Positions 24,948 to 38,936 of a stretch of 64,000 nucleotides of DNA are shown here, piece after piece. The stretch comes from Felis catus (lineage: Eukaryota), in contig NC_058368.1 of the NCBI RefSeq assembly GCF_018350175.1, positions 230,394,001 to 230,458,000 of the forward strand. Reading direction: 5' to 3'. Position 1 is the first letter of the stretch. Each line of letters begins with the position of its first letter. The position numbers and the translations under genes are program-made. The notes under the pieces are model-generated. The model had not been told where the DNA came from and did not search any database. It saw only the letters and a list, made by a program, of their open reading frames with translations.

Positions 24948-25405
24948 TGTATTCGTTTCCTGTGGCTGCTGTAACAAAATACAACAAACGAGGTGGCTTA
25001 AAACAACAGGAATTTATTCTCTAACAGTTCAGGAGATCGGAAGTCAAGTGAAGGTGTCAGCAGAGTGGGTTCCTTCCAGAAGCTCTAAAGGAGAAACCGT
25101 CCATGCCTCTCTCCCTGCCTCTGGTAGTTGCCGGCCATCCTTGGCATCCCCTGGCTTGTAGCCACATCACTCCAACCTCTGCCTCTGTCTGCACAGCGCT
25201 TTCTCCTCCCTGTGTCTCTCTGTGTCCTTTTGTGTGTCTTATGAGGACACGGCCATAGGATTTAGGGCCTGTCCTCGTCCAGGAAGATGAGGATCTCATC
25301 TTGGTCCTTAATTATATCATGTAAAGACCATATTTCAAATAAGGTTATGTTCTGAGGTCCTAAGTGGACATGAATTTTTGAGGGGACACCATTCAACCCA
25401 GCACA
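24948..25405 (-). mobile_element. MLT1-family solo LTR
   Basis: tgtattcgtttcctgtggctgctgtaacaaa...gtggcttaaaacaacaggaatttattctc...caccattcaacccagcaca. Confidence 0.88.
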
Positions 25406-25856
25406 CGCTTCACACTGACAAATTATGCATTTTGCTCTCTTGATAACGAATTGCCAACCACCGTTAGGAAGCTGCTCCCTGCAACAGGAACTTTTGCTGC
25501 GTTCAGTACTGAATTTCCAGTGGCTAGAGGCACAGTGGTCACTCCGTGAACACTGGCTGGGGGACTGAGTGGTTTATAGCTGAATCTGCCAAAGCAGGAA
25601 GTCAGGCGGCCTGCAGGGATGCAGTGAGAGGCGAAGGCCGCAGGTTAGAGAGGCGGGTGTTTCAAATAGACAAACAAGCCGGTTGGTAAGTCAGAGTAAA
25701 TCGCTAGAGGAGTCAACCTCATGACCAGCGATCACAGGGTGGATTCTCAGAGGCATGAGTTGGAGGTGGTGACTCTTAGGATAGTCCAAGCAGCTCCCTC
25801 CACCTCCTCGGAGTCTCGCCAGCGGGATGGTCTTTTGTCAGCTTAAAAAGGCCATA

Positions 25857-26235
25857 TGTGCATTTGTTTCCTGTGGCTGTTATAACAAATGGACACAAAG
25901 TGGATGACTTTCAATAACACAGATTTACTCTCCTTTAATTCTGAAGGCCAGAAGTCTGCAGTCAGGTTCACTGGGCTATCATCGACGTGTCAGTACGGCC
26001 ATGCTGCCCCCAGAAGTTTTAGGAGAAAATCCTTGTACTTGTCTGTTCCAGCTTCTAGAGCTGCATTCCTTACATTTCTTGGCTCATGGCCCCTTCCTTC
26101 ATTTTCAAAGACAACAATATAGCATCTTATTTCAGTGGTATGTCTCCTTCTTCTTATGTACAAAGTACATTTTGTCAAATAAGGTAACATTTACAGGTTG
26201 GAGGGATACCTTTGGGGACATTATTCAGCCCACCA
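25857..26235 (-). mobile_element. MLT1-family solo LTR (partial)
   Basis: tttcctgtggctgttataacaaat...aataaggtaacatttacaggtt...attattcagcccacca. Confidence 0.75.
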
Positions 26236-27181
26236 GAGGGATCCTAACTAGAGACCAGCCATGGATCTTGGGACAAGTATAGAGAGTTCCAGATTCTTCC
26301 TTCCTGCTTTCCCAGTGCAGGAAGTGGTGGGATTCTGTGCTTTCATTTAACTAACAGGAATGACTCATTTTCTACCCTAATTAGTTTCTCTGCTGAGGGC
26401 AGGGCTACTTGTAAGGAAAGGGTCCAATTTGAAACAAGCAAGTACGTCGACCTTACGCTCATAACATTTGAAACCCCCCTCTTTTTTGTACTTGATGTTT
26501 CATTTATCGTATCGTCATAGATGATCTGTCTGTGCGAGTTGCCTCAGTATTTTGTGAAAAGAGAGGGTGTAGTTAATAATGCAGATTTAAGATAAGATGA
26601 GGATCGTCCCCAGGAGGGAAGAGCTGGCTGGTGGTCCTTGACAGCATTGAGTCCCTGTGAGCTGAACACATCTACAAGGAGCACAGTGGCTGCTCCATCA
26701 GAAGACAGGTCAAGAAATCATGGGTCAGTGAGTTAATGCTACTGATGCAGTTTGGGTAATTACATTTTCCCAAAATGTAAAGCTTGGAGAGAGCCATTTC
26801 TTTCTACAAATGAAAACAGTTGAACTTGTTTTCTAGACAGTCATAATTCCAATGCTGCTGTTTCTCTGAAAGCAAAGATTTGTTTTCTAAATGTGATAAG
26901 CCATGTAGGGCAGCTTCTGGTTTGGGCTACAAAATATCCAGGAATGAGGACCAAGACACGAATGCTTCCATATGTTTCTCATTGGATAAGATCTCGTTCG
27001 TCAACAAGAATTAAAATACTTCTGTTTCGTCATAAAAATATCCACCTATCTAACGTTCTTATGACCACCACGTCTGCACCGCCAACCTTATTAACAAGAC
27101 CACATCAGAAACAAAACAGCTCACCTCATGGCTCTAGATGCCAAAGTTAAAGCCGATGAGCTCTTTAAAACCTTTAGTTAG

Positions 27182-27385
27182 GGGGTGCCTGGGTGGCTCA
27201 GTCGGTTAAGCGGCCACCTTCGGCTCTGTTCTCACTGTTCGTGGGTTCAATCCCCGCGTCAAGCTCTGTGCTGACAGCTCGGAGCCTGGAGCCTGCTTCC
27301 GATTCTGTGTCTCCCTCTCTCTCTGCCCCTCACCTGCTTGCATTCGGTCTCTCTGTCTCTCAAAATAAGTAAACATTAAAAAATA
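27182..27385 (+). mobile_element. CanSINE
   Basis: Head/body/tail; degenerate TSD. Confidence 0.92.
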
Positions 27386-27439
27386 CAACTTCTGGTTATA
27401 GTTCAGAAGTTTAAAGAGGTGGAGATTTTCACGTTTTTT

Positions 27440-27653
27440 TTTATTTTTTTAACGTTTTATTTATTTTTGAGACAGAGAGAGACAGAGCATGAACGGGGGA
27501 GGGGCAGAGAGAGAGGGAGACACAGAATCGGAAGCAGGCTCCAGGCTCCGAGCCATCAGCCCAGAGCCCGACGCGGGGCTGGAACTCACGGACCGCGAGA
27601 TTGTGACCTGGCTGAAGTCGGACGCTTAACCGACTGAGCCACCCAGGTGCCCC
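27440..27653 (-). mobile_element. Young felid CanSINE
   Basis: TSD gattttcacgttttt. Confidence 0.95.
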
Positions 27654-28189
27654 GATTTTCACGTTTTTAAGTAATGTCCATTTAGCCCTGCCCCACCGGA
27701 AACCACTGAGGCTGCAAAGTGGGCAGTGTCCCTCCAACATAAAGAATCAAAGTAAGCAAGGTGTCTCTGACACAAAGCTTTGCTGAAAATCAAATTTTGA
27801 GTTCCCAGAGACTCTGGCCCTGAGGCCCGTTACAACGCAGAAGTAAACGTGATAAAATCTCGTGACGGCACATCAACTCTCCGGTTTCTGTGCCAGCATA
27901 ACATAGTAACGGATTTCAAACTGTTTTGCTATTTAGCTCTGAGCTGAGCGCTTATAATTTTAGCAACTCAGATAGTCCATATAAGAGTGAGAATTTTGTC
28001 ACAATATTGTTGGTCTATGTGACAAGTTTTAATGGAGAAAAGGTTACATTTGCATATTCTCCAGTTCCATTAACATTTCTAAAATGAAGCCCAGTAACAA
28101 ATGAGAGTTATGAGTTCGCTCCGGTAGAAAACTGTAGATGGTTCTTATTTCTGAGTCTTTACTCCGTCGTCTAGTTACATACGACAGCT

Positions 28190-28460
28190 GGCGTGTCTCA
28201 AGGGTCCACACTGCGTGCCAGATACTGCTCCAAGGGGTTCGTATATATGATTTCTGATCATCCCACCAATACTCCCAGGTAGGAATTATTATCTCATTAT
28301 GAAAGATGGACTCAAAGCAAAGAGCACGCCAGCCAGTGGAAATTCAGCAGGAAACCAGACGCAGACAGAAGGAGCCCAAGGCTGCAGAAAGTGTTCATGG
28401 TGGGTGGAGCAGGATTCGAACCAACTCTGACTGCATCCAAAGAACTTTTGCCCACCATGG
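28190..28460 (-). mobile_element. MIR
   Basis: gtgccagatactgctc...aggtaggaattattatctcatt...gcaggattcgaacc. Confidence 0.6.
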
Positions 28461-29012
28461 CACTCTGCCTCTGGAGGGGGTAGGGGGCAAAACAAATCAT
28501 TTCAAAGTGGCACATTTTCAGGCAGAATTTTTAGTATAAGCTAAAGCAGTGTCTCTCTTTACACTTATGTTCTTTCGTGTCAGTATCAGCTCTAATGTCA
28601 ATAAACCCATCAGTAACAGGTTATTTTTAAAAAATTAAATGGCATTATATAAATATTGTAAATATATACATACGTCCTTTAGAGCAGTCTTAGGGTAACA
28701 ATCGCTCGTATATATCTATCTATTGCTCCTAATACCTTGCCAACCACTTTCACGTTCATTATCTCATGTGTCATTTCAAAAGATATCCCATGAAGTAGGT
28801 GGTATTATTTGCCACATTAGATCCATGGAAACCAAGCCCAGCAAACAGTGAGGGACTTGAAGAGAGAAAGCCGGATGTTCAAGTTTGGAAGGCTTTCCTA
28901 GCCACTCTCGTGCCAAAGCCTGTGTGTCCATTCTACTAAAATAACCCAGGAGCAAAAGACTTCAAAACATGCTTGCTCAACACAAGTGATCAGATACACT
29001 TCATGTTTGGAC

Positions 29013-29190
29013 CAGAGTTTCTCAGCCCTGGCTCCAATGACAGTTCGGGGATGGAGAATTTTTTCTTGTGCACTGTAGGATGTTGACCCGCATTCCTGGC
29101 CTCTCCCCACTGGATGCCAGGAACATCTTCCAGTTGTGACAACCAAAAATGTCTTCGGTCGTTGCCAAAAGTCTGCTGTGGACAGTGTTT
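29013..29190 (-). mobile_element. MER20-like DNA transposon fragment
   Basis: cagagtttctcagccctgg...cactggatgccagg...cagttgtgacaaccaaaaatgtct. Confidence 0.75.
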
Positions 29191-29199
29191 TATACATAT

Positions 29200-29415
29200 T
29201 TTTTTTAATTTTTTTAAATGTTTATTTACTTGAGAGAGAGAAGAAAGACCGAGCACAAGTGGGGGAGGGGCAGAGAGAGAGGGAGACACAGAATCTGGGC
29301 TCCAGGCTTTGAGCTGTCAGCACAGAGCCCGACGCGGGGCTTGAACTCGGGAACGGCAAGATCATGACCTGAGCTAAAGCTGGACGCTTAACTGACTGAA
29401 CCACCCAGTCGCCCC
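29200..29415 (-). mobile_element. CanSINE
   Basis: Antisense SINE; short TSD acatattt. Confidence 0.92.
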
Positions 29416-31093
29416 TAAACATATTTATTTTTGAGACATTGTCTAAAGAAAGAATCCTTCTTCTAGACGTTATTGCAAGGCAGCGATTACAGCAGCCAAC
29501 ACAGTTACGTGGTTAAATTTATCTATTTGAAAGCAGACAGCCGAGTTTTATTCTGGCTCCACCACTTAAGTTGGTACCATCTGTAAGTCAAATTTCCTCC
29601 TCTGTAAAATGAAAATAAACCACAGAAGGCTACTTAAGGATTAAAGAGTTAAGGCGTCTGAACAGGGAACCATGGCAACTGACTTCTAGTGCGCTCATGT
29701 TGTTTCTTAAGGTTATTTTTCTGGCTGTTCTGTAAACCTAAACAAATCTGAATGTTCTTAGATTTCTTCTCCACAATAGTCACTGCAGACCAGAAACAGC
29801 ATTTTTGCATTTGTGTGAAAGGCCCTTCGTGATCTCATCCCAAACTTGCTTTCTAGCCCTGCCTCTACTATCCGGCCTCCCGGGCAGGCTTCCTCCACAC
29901 AGCCTGTTTCTTAGCCATTCCCCAGCTAGTCTGAGAATGTACCTTTTCCAAATGCACCAACCCCTCCGCAGCCCCGAACCTCTCCCTGTGCTGACCCTTT
30001 ATTGGTATGTGTCTTTTCCAGAACATCTTTGTCTTGTGAGCCACTCCTTGTCCTTGAGGATTAAGACCCTTGTGCAAGACCATATCATATGCCAAATTCT
30101 GGTCCAAATGAGATGGACATTTTACTTCCTCTGGGCCTCCAGTTCTTTCTCTGGAGTCTGTCTCCATGGACAACAAAAAATCCGAGCGATCTAATTTAAG
30201 CGAAACAAAACCATTCTGGAAAAAGAGACTTGGATGTAAATCGTTCCCCCCCCAACTTATTGTTGAGGGGGTACACCTTTAGCATCACTCTTGTGAAATT
30301 GAGGAAGGCATTTGAAAACACTAGTAGTATCCTCTTAGACAGCACCTGCTGCTGTGGCTAAGGCTGGGGAATGCCAGTTAGAATAAACCGGAAGCGAACT
30401 GCTCGGACGCACAATCCACTCCAGCATGATTCCTGGAAAGCTGGTTTAGGCTAAGAAACATCAAGTCATTTTGAACACTAATTTACCGTTGTCGTAAGTC
30501 TTACCCGGCTTTGTGATCTCCCTCGCCCCCTTTCACTCTGTCCCAGAGTCCCCCCCCCAGGGACCCCACTTTCACATGTTGTCATTGCACCAGAGGAGGA
30601 TTGGAGCACGGCAGCTGAGGAAATTTCCTCATGCTGTGGGAAAAACCCTTGTCCCCGTGAAGCTTACAGCAGAGAAAGGGCGGAGTGATGAATCATCGTA
30701 ACAAAAACGATGGAGGGGAATTTCAGCCAGTTATAAGTGTGGTGGATGAAATATGGCGGTAGTAAGATGATATGAAGGGTCAGGCTTGTTTGCCTGGAAG
30801 CTTCTAGGAGCTGCCCTCCGAGACATGCGAACTAAGACCTGGTCAAGACAAGAGAGCACCATGCAGAGACCTGAGGGAGGAGCCTCCCCCAGAGTACCAG
30901 GATCTTGAGATGGGAACAGCAGAAGTGTTTTCAATAGGAAGGAAGCAATTCAGGAAACTTGGTGCAGGAAGCTCAGGAACAGGGAGGAGTCCTCTGTGTG
31001 GGAGGTGGCTGTTGTCCTTGGTGCAGTGGGAAGCCACTGGAAGGTTTCGGTGACAGAATTACTGATGCATGGTAAAGACTGCACAGTTTGGCA

Positions 31094-31098
<5 letters not shown>

Positions 31099-31129
<31 letters not shown>

Positions 31130-31150
31130 TGTATGTGTGTGTGTGTGTGT
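31099..31150. repeat. Compound (GA)n(GT)n microsatellite
   Basis: Seen directly. Confidence 0.9.
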
Positions 31151-31269
31151 CTGTCTAGGTGTGTCAGGGGAGGGGGGAGCATTCCAGAATGACCAATTGG
31201 CCAGAGAAAAGATGTCATTAGAACTGAGGAAACACTCCCTGCCCAGATACTGCCTTCACTCTCCCAAAG

Positions 31270-31740
31270 CACATTTATGTAACGTTCATCATGTACCGGG
31301 GATATTGTATGCTCTAGGGAGCAAACATGACCGAAAGGGCTGCGGTCCTGGCCTCAGAGAACTTACCACAGTGTGGAGACGGAGGCAGCGATGGGAGGCG
31401 GTCCACAACAAAATGGAGGCACTACCGCTAGGCGTTGCATGGATGGACTCAATGAAGGCCTCCCTGAGGGAATCACAGGGAGCCCGGGGTCCTGAGTTTG
31501 AGTGAGAAACCGCTGGGCCAGAGCCGTTCCAGAACAGAGGTGGGCGAGAGCACCGTCCAGATGTCTGCCAGTGCAGGGAGCCCAGGGAGGCAGCGGGACG
31601 CAAGGCTGGCAAGTCGGGAGATGGCAAGCCAAGCAAAGGCCTCACGAGCCATGGGAATATCCTGGTCTTTATCCCGAAGACAGCGGGAACCACTGAAGGG
31701 CTTTAAGCAGGGAAGCGGCCCGATTAGTTTTGTGTTTGTG
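31270..31740 (-). mobile_element. L2 fragment
   Basis: ggtcctggcctcagagaactta...ggcctccctgaggg...ccactgaagggctttaagcaggg, typical antisense L2. Confidence 0.6.
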
Positions 31741-33502
31741 CCCAGTTCGATGCCTTAGGTAGGAAGAAGGGTGCGTGGGAGGTGACTGGCTTGGTCAGCG
31801 GGGTGAAAGGTGAGAATCAGGTCTGGGAAAAGAGTAGTGGGGCAGAGGGGATGTCTGGGATTCCAGAGTTTTCAGGGGAAGCTGAAGAGCCTTTTCCCCC
31901 CTAGGCTCATGATTCCTTAGAAAGTGCATCTGCTCTGAGTTTGGGCTGTGTGTGTGTACATGTGCCTGTGTATATACATGCATCCACACAAACGAACCCG
32001 TGTGTGTGCATGTGTGCAGAGGGTCCCTCAGACTGTTACCCTAGAGATCTTGTTCCAAAGATGTTACTGATATATGCCATATAGAGCGGTTAGCATCCGG
32101 TTAATAAAATAGGCTCAAATGAATTCTTTACTAATCACTTTCCAATAGCACAGGCTCACCCGAATTCATCTTAGCCATCCAGTACCTATAGGACACTGCC
32201 AATCTTAATGTATAGGGTATTCTGTAGATTTTTATTTCATTTGAACAAAGAACACAATTTTACTTGGCTGCTATTCTGAGCAGAGGGGCTGTGGGTGCTA
32301 GCTCGATGTTGCAGAAGTGGTTTAGAATCATTCGAGAGAAGGACATTAAACTTAAAGTAACACAAGCTTCCTGTGTTCTTAATCTGTAATTTCTACTTTG
32401 ATCACATAGCCAAAAAAAAAAAATGTAATAATTTGTCTGTTACCAGCAATCACTTATGGGTAGTTTGTAGCAGATGTATTACTGTACTATCTGTCCTTTT
32501 GAAAACATGTGTGGCTACCTAAAATTTTATGTCAATTTATTAACTACTTGATGCACATTAAATCAAATGCTTGATCTTGCCAAGAAAAACTAAGCTAATT
32601 CAAAAGGAATCCCATTGACGATTGTCTTCAGAGCCGTGAAGGGAGTGCTAACACGTTTTCAAGGTTTGCTTGACAGCCTCTATGGGTTGTGATAAAGGAA
32701 AGATAAAGAGAACAGGTTACAATCTACGAGGACGCTTTTAACCTTTGTCTGTTCCTTCTCTGCCCCATTTTTTTGTGACTCCTCTTCTCCAACGACAGCA
32801 CTGACCCAGCATCAACAGGATGGATGCTCTTGAGCTGTTTCTCTGGGAGTAGAGTGGTTATTGCCAAGCTATCTCGTTTGTCTTTCCCCCTATCCTTTGG
32901 ATAAATAGTACCCTTTTGTGGCACGTGGGGTCACCTTTTTATCTGCGGTCTCAGAGGTTGCTTTTTTACTTCTCTGTTAAAAATGGGTTCCCTGCTACAG
33001 GAATAGAATCCATACAATTGGCCCTGTTAGCCCCATGTCCTAGCTGGTTGAGCCGATTGACTTCATAAAACAATATTCATTTGCATGGTACAGTCAGTCT
33101 TGTGTTTTAGGGTGGACTTAAATGTCTCAGAGCATGTTTCTTAAAATTAAATAAACAACCATCTTCTTGGAGTAGCTCAGATGTGAAAAGAAGCTTGGAG
33201 GAGAAAAATGTACAGTGAAAAAATATATATTAACATTGTATGAATAAACCCAACTCTTGAACTTCCTTTTATAAATTCTTGTTCCTCCACTTTTCCCTCT
33301 GGAGAATCGTTTAAAGAAGAGATGATGATAACAGTAACAGTAATAATAGAAAATAATAAAGAAGGCATCAGGTTCTATCACAACATTTTGGATTTTGGAT
33401 TGGACCCCATCCAGTTATATTTTCTCTTGTCTGATAATTTAGCTAAATGCTGTCCTTGAATCAGACTGTTGAAACAATATATTAGAAAACCAATGTGACC
33501 TT

Positions 33503-33724
33503 GAGGTGCCTGGGTGGCTCAGTCAGTTGGGCGGCCGACTTCGGCTCAGGTCATGATCTTGCGGTCCGTGGGTTTGAGCCCCGCGTCGGGCTCTGTGCTG
33601 ACTGCTCAGAGCCTGGAGCCTGTTTCGGATTCTGTGTCTCCCTCTCTCTGCCCCTCCCCTGTTCATACTCTGTCTCTCTCTGTCTGAAAAATAAAATAAA
33701 CATTAAAAAAAATTTAAAAAAAAA
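33503..33724 (+). mobile_element. CanSINE about 385 bp upstream of the exon
   Basis: Perfect 19-bp TSD agaaaaccaatgtgacctt (33484-33502 / 33725-33743). Confidence 0.96.
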
Positions 33725-34059
33725 AGAAAACCAATGTGACCTTATAAATTCTCCATTTAAGCCCAAATTAAAAATGTGTATATTAATAAAATCATGTGAC
33801 ACTTTAAGTCATTTTTTTTCACAATCTTCATAAGCATGTAACTTCAGTTGATACATTTAAGGTTTTATATATATAGAGTGTGTGTGTTCAGCATACGTAC
33901 GTACGTGTGTACCTACACACACCTCCAAGCCATCAACTTAAGGACGTCTTTTCAGATTCTTTTAAGTGAATGTGCATGTATGAAAACCAGACCGGCTATT
34001 TGTGAAATAGTTCCGCGTAAACTCAAGTACGTTTCATAAATGGGTTAAGCGCGTGTTAA

Positions 34060-34305
<246 letters not shown>

Positions 34306-35201
34306 TAGTGTTGAAAGGGGAAAGGAATAGGAAAAGCAAAGTTATGTTTCCAAAATTTAGATCCAGATGTAAGACCGAAATGGCACCTTCTGATTAACTG
34401 GCGTGTGTATGCATAGTCTTCTTTTTTAATATTTGGATACTGAGAAGCAGATGACCAAATATACCTTCTAGTATTAACACAGGCAAAATGGTCAAACGCT
34501 GGACTTTTCATGTGATTTGCCTTCCTCTTCCCAATATCATCCCTGGAGTTATCTCTGCCTCTAAATCTTCAAGAAATAAAAAGCATCGTACGTTGTCTCC
34601 TCAACTTACAAGATTACTGCAGTCACCTGTGATATCATCTCTCCTTTCTGGAAAACTCACTTACAGGATGAGAACTCTAGGCAATAGATAAGCTTTGTGT
34701 TACAATCAAGGATTTTGAGCCATTTACAGAATGACTAGGGAATATAACACGGGTGGATGTGGTCCAGGAAAGAATATATTGTCTGCACCCATTATGTAAA
34801 CAATTGTTAACATGCTTGGTGTTCTTGGACTACTTTGTATATACACTGTGCTGCGTGGTATTTCTAGAAAAATCACAGTGGTCGGCATAGCTCACTCTGA
34901 TTTTTTAGACAAGGGACACGTATTTGCATTAAGCTGCTGAGTAATCAAATGTTTTAAAACAATTTGATAAGCTATAAAGAGTCCTCTCCCTAGCATGGGA
35001 GCAGTTCTGGGGATCAGTCAAAATCGGTTTCAGAGTGGAAACAAGAAATTTAGAGAGATAATTGCAATTTATTGTAGATTTTGCTTGCTTGCATTAGTAT
35101 GGATATAGCCTGATGGCTTTTCATCATTTCTTTCTATCTTCCACTGGGACTTAGAGGACTTAGCAGAAAGGTCACGTGTCTTTGTGGATTGAATAAAGGG
35201 C

Positions 35202-35420
35202 AGTGGTTCGCAGCCAGGTGTGATTTTTGCCTCCCAAGAGATAGTTGACAACATCTGGAGACACTTGTGGTTGTCACAATTGGAGAGGACCGTGGCGGCG
35301 CTATCAGCATGTTATGGGTAGGGTTAGGGATGCTGCAGAACTTCCTAAAATGCACATGCACCGGGCAGCAACCACAGCAAAGAGTTATCCAGTCCCAAAT
35401 GTCAACAGTGGTGTCAACAG
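35202..35420 (+). mobile_element. MER20-like DNA transposon
   Basis: cagtggttcgcagccagg...gtgatttttgcctcccaag...tctggagacacttgtggttgtcacaattgg...gggatgctgc...ccaaatgtcaacagtg. Confidence 0.8.
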
Positions 35421-35722
35421 TCACATAAAGAAAAATATTGTTCATCCAAGATAAGTTTAAAAATGCCAAAAATACTATTAAAATTATATAAAATGATCTA
35501 CAAATAAAGCAAAGTTAAATTTGAGTTCTGTCCCCAATGGAAATTCTCTCAATCCTTCTATGCCTTTAATAGAAAACCAAAGAGTCACTCAAAATGAAGG
35601 ACAGATTTCTGATTAGGGGATTACAGCCCATCATTTTTTTCAAGGTCACCACTTTGAGGGCTTCTTTAAAGGCCAGGGAAGCATTTTATTCCATTGTTCA
35701 CATAAGGTTGGATCAGGAGTGT

Positions 35723-36111
35723 TGTGATGCACGCCCCCAAAAGCAGGAGTGTGGTTCCGATCTCAGGATTGATGACGCCCTGTGATACACCTGGAAGGTA
35801 CGGAAAGTTGGGTGACTCACCTAACGAGGCTTATTGGGATGGTCGGCATGGCTCCTAAGTGGGACTGAAAACGTCTTGAGAGTAGGAAAGGGGGTTGGCT
35901 TGAGTTTTTGTGGTGATTATAGGGTGGAGCCAGTGTGAGGGTTCTCAAGTGTGGACAGGGGCTGGCGTGATTTGAACTTCCTGCTGATGCCGAAAGAGGA
36001 GGCATCCAAGCTTTCATATCACCTTGCTCAGATGTGGGCAGAGCAGGAGAGGGAGGCTTGAAAGCAGTCAGAAGCCAGACATCCAAAAGCGGAGTCTGAA
36101 CCTTTATTATA
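35723..36111 (-). mobile_element. ERVL solo LTR (MER76/MER54-like)
   Basis: tttgaacttcctgc...cttgctcagatgtggg...gcttgaaagcagtcag...ggagtctgaacctttatta, matching a recalled ERVL LTR in antisense. Confidence 0.55.
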
Positions 36112-38575
36112 AAGGGTCGTGTGGTCAGTACAGACAGCATGGCCTGGGGAAGTGTGAAGTCACTGGTCCCACTGGCTCTGTCTACGTGCTCCTTGGACTG
36201 GCCAAAGCCTCTCAACAGCAGTGACTGCTGGCAGCTGGCCACAGACTTGGGTGTGGCCCCATCAGACGTACCTCTCGGCCCCGCGGTGGATCCGAGGTGG
36301 CACGATGTCGGGGGCGTTGGGGGGGGGGGGACCGGGACACGCGTTGGCATCCAATAGACACATCCATCTCCCAGTGCTGCTTCCTTGCTCACCAGCTGTG
36401 CCTCCTGGAACAAGCCTATTGTCCTTCAGCCCTTAAAATAGAGACGCCGATACCTGTACTGTGGAGTCTTTGTGGGGCTAAGTGACTTAATGTATGCTGG
36501 CCGCTTAGTGGTAACATATTCATTCATTCATATTCTTTTTTGGCCAGGAACAGTTAGAACATTCAAGTTACTTTATTTTATCTTTTCGATGTTCATTTTA
36601 AGTTATTTTACTCTATTTAAAATACAAGTTATTTTATCGTACGTATATATATATATATATATATGTCTGCATGTGTACGTGTGCTTATTTTCCTAATTTG
36701 CCGTGGGTGCCTGTGTCCCCTCTTACTGCCTGGAGATCTTCCAGCAACTGGCTCTCGGAGGAGGGGCTCATCTGGTGGGTGTCAGTGCTCCACTGCACCC
36801 CCAAAGATTCCAGATGTGGCTAGGACCTCAGGGTAACGTTGGCCAGGTCCCCGGGAGCCTGGGATGGGGAGGAAGGGAAGAGTGGTGTAGGACCGAGGGC
36901 ACAGTCTGCCACCACGGTGGACAGGGACAATGCACGTGCCTAAATAAAACCCAAAGTGAGCCATCTGAGTTTCTCTGTCTCGCTCCTTCACTCACGTGGG
37001 GAGCACACATATGTACACACACACGCACGCACACACACACACGGAACCTCTGGAAGGGATTTTGCACAGTTCTGTTTTGCTCCCTCATCCTAACTCAGGG
37101 CCCAAGCCAATAGTAATGGTTCTCCCTTCGTGACGGATGGCTGCCTGTCATGTTCTCATACACAAGTATTGATTTTTGTAATTACCTGTTGTTCAAATAC
37201 TAATCCTGCAGGCACTCGCCTTTTCAACGTACTCAGTCCCCCAGTCTTTCTATTGCATTTTATTGAATTGATTTAGCCCTTCAGTCTGCATTTCATTATT
37301 AGTATTGACTTTGCTCACACAATGGATAGACCATTGAGCAAAAGGCAGAATTAAATCTCCTATATGGGGAGGGTCATAAATCATGCCTTTCTCATTCCTC
37401 ATTCCAGTGCTTGGTACAGTTTTCGTGTAATGAAGCCAAGAAACTCAGTGCTGTTCAAAATGATGCCGGATATTATAGGCACAAAGTTGAGAATTTGCTT
37501 CCATAAATCAGCAGATGAAAGCTCCGTTTCTAACTTTTCCTCCTGGTCTGGTGACCGGTGGATTTGCTGGATTGGTGGCAGCCTCCCAGGAGGGGGTGGC
37601 GCCCCGGGGAAGGAGCTGGGGAGGGCGGTTGGCAACCACCAGGGACCGAGCTGGAGTCTGCGGGCCAGTGGGGGACCCAGCTTAGAGCGTTCAGTTACAA
37701 ATGAGACAGGAGGGTGCTCCACAAACAAGACCTCAGATCAGAACAGAAGTGGTTGAGGAACAACTAAAGAGACCTGGGAAGGAAAAAGGGTAAGAATAGA
37801 TAGGGTCTGGGCTGTTGCCACAAACACACTGAGTTTGCACAGCTCGTTTTCACAGACCGATGAACATCTGATACGTCGCTGCCCTCCTGCTTCAGGGGAG
37901 GGGTATCAGTGGCACCGACGGGTGTCAGTACTATTTGAACTGTGTCTGGTGTACATTGTCTCCTAGATTGTTGGGACTGTCACAGTAAATTGAACTGTAC
38001 ATAATCTCTGGAGTTGTTTGACGTGAAAACTTGCTCATGTGCGTGTATCACTGGCATCTTTTAGGAGGTACCCGGGTGATAATCTTTTAGTATTTTTCAT
38101 AAATACTTTCTTCATTCTTTCTGGGCGCTCCCCAGTTAAGAATATTAAGATTATCCATCGACTCGGGGATAATACTAGGTGCCTCTCATGGATTCTAATG
38201 ATTCGAGTTTATGTTGCCCCTCCTGCTTTGTCCCCCTGTTTCTGCCCATGCACACGTTAGGACAGGTAGGTGCACACGTAGGCACCCCGTACTGGCACGT
38301 GGACAATCATGCACCAAAAATGAGCATAATATATATGCTGTAGGGCAGCATTCAAGATAATATGTCTCCTAGAAATTAAAAAAAATCTATTTTCACAGTT
38401 TCAAGTGAGAAGGACTCTTCTTAAAATTAAAAAACATTAGCTGTTTTAATTTATGATGAACTAAGGAATTAAATTTAGTGGAAGTTTAAAATTAATAAGT
38501 ATTTAAGTGTTAAAATAATTTTAAGATGTATTTTCTTCTAAACATGGGACCATTCCTTTAAACAACATACCTTTT

Positions 38576-38792
38576 ATTTTTTTTTTCAACGTTTTTATTT
38601 TATTTTTGGGACAGAGAGAGACAGAGCATGAACGGGGGAGGAGCAGAGAGAGAGGGAGACACAGAATCGGAAACAGGCTCCAGGCTCCGAGCCATCAGCC
38701 CAGAGCCCGACGCGGGGCTCGAACTCATGGACCGCGAGATCGTGACCTGGCTGAAGCCGGACGCTTAACCGACTGCGCCACCCAGGCGCCCC
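38576..38792 (-). mobile_element. Young felid CanSINE
   Basis: Perfect 16-bp TSD aaacaacatacctttt (38560-38575 / 38793-38808). Confidence 0.96.
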
Positions 38793-38936
38793 AAACAACA
38801 TACCTTTTAAACAAAACTGGAGCTGTATTAGTAGAACTTTGTTATTAACTGACCGTGTTCGTTTCTTTGTGATGGAAATGGCCACTGACCACTGCTAATG
38901 AAGATTTTTAGGGTTTTGACCTGGTCACCTCTTTTT

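Noticed and set aside
35817..36413. 198-aa minus-strand ORF
   Set aside because: Overlaps a solo LTR and a G-run; no homology recognised.
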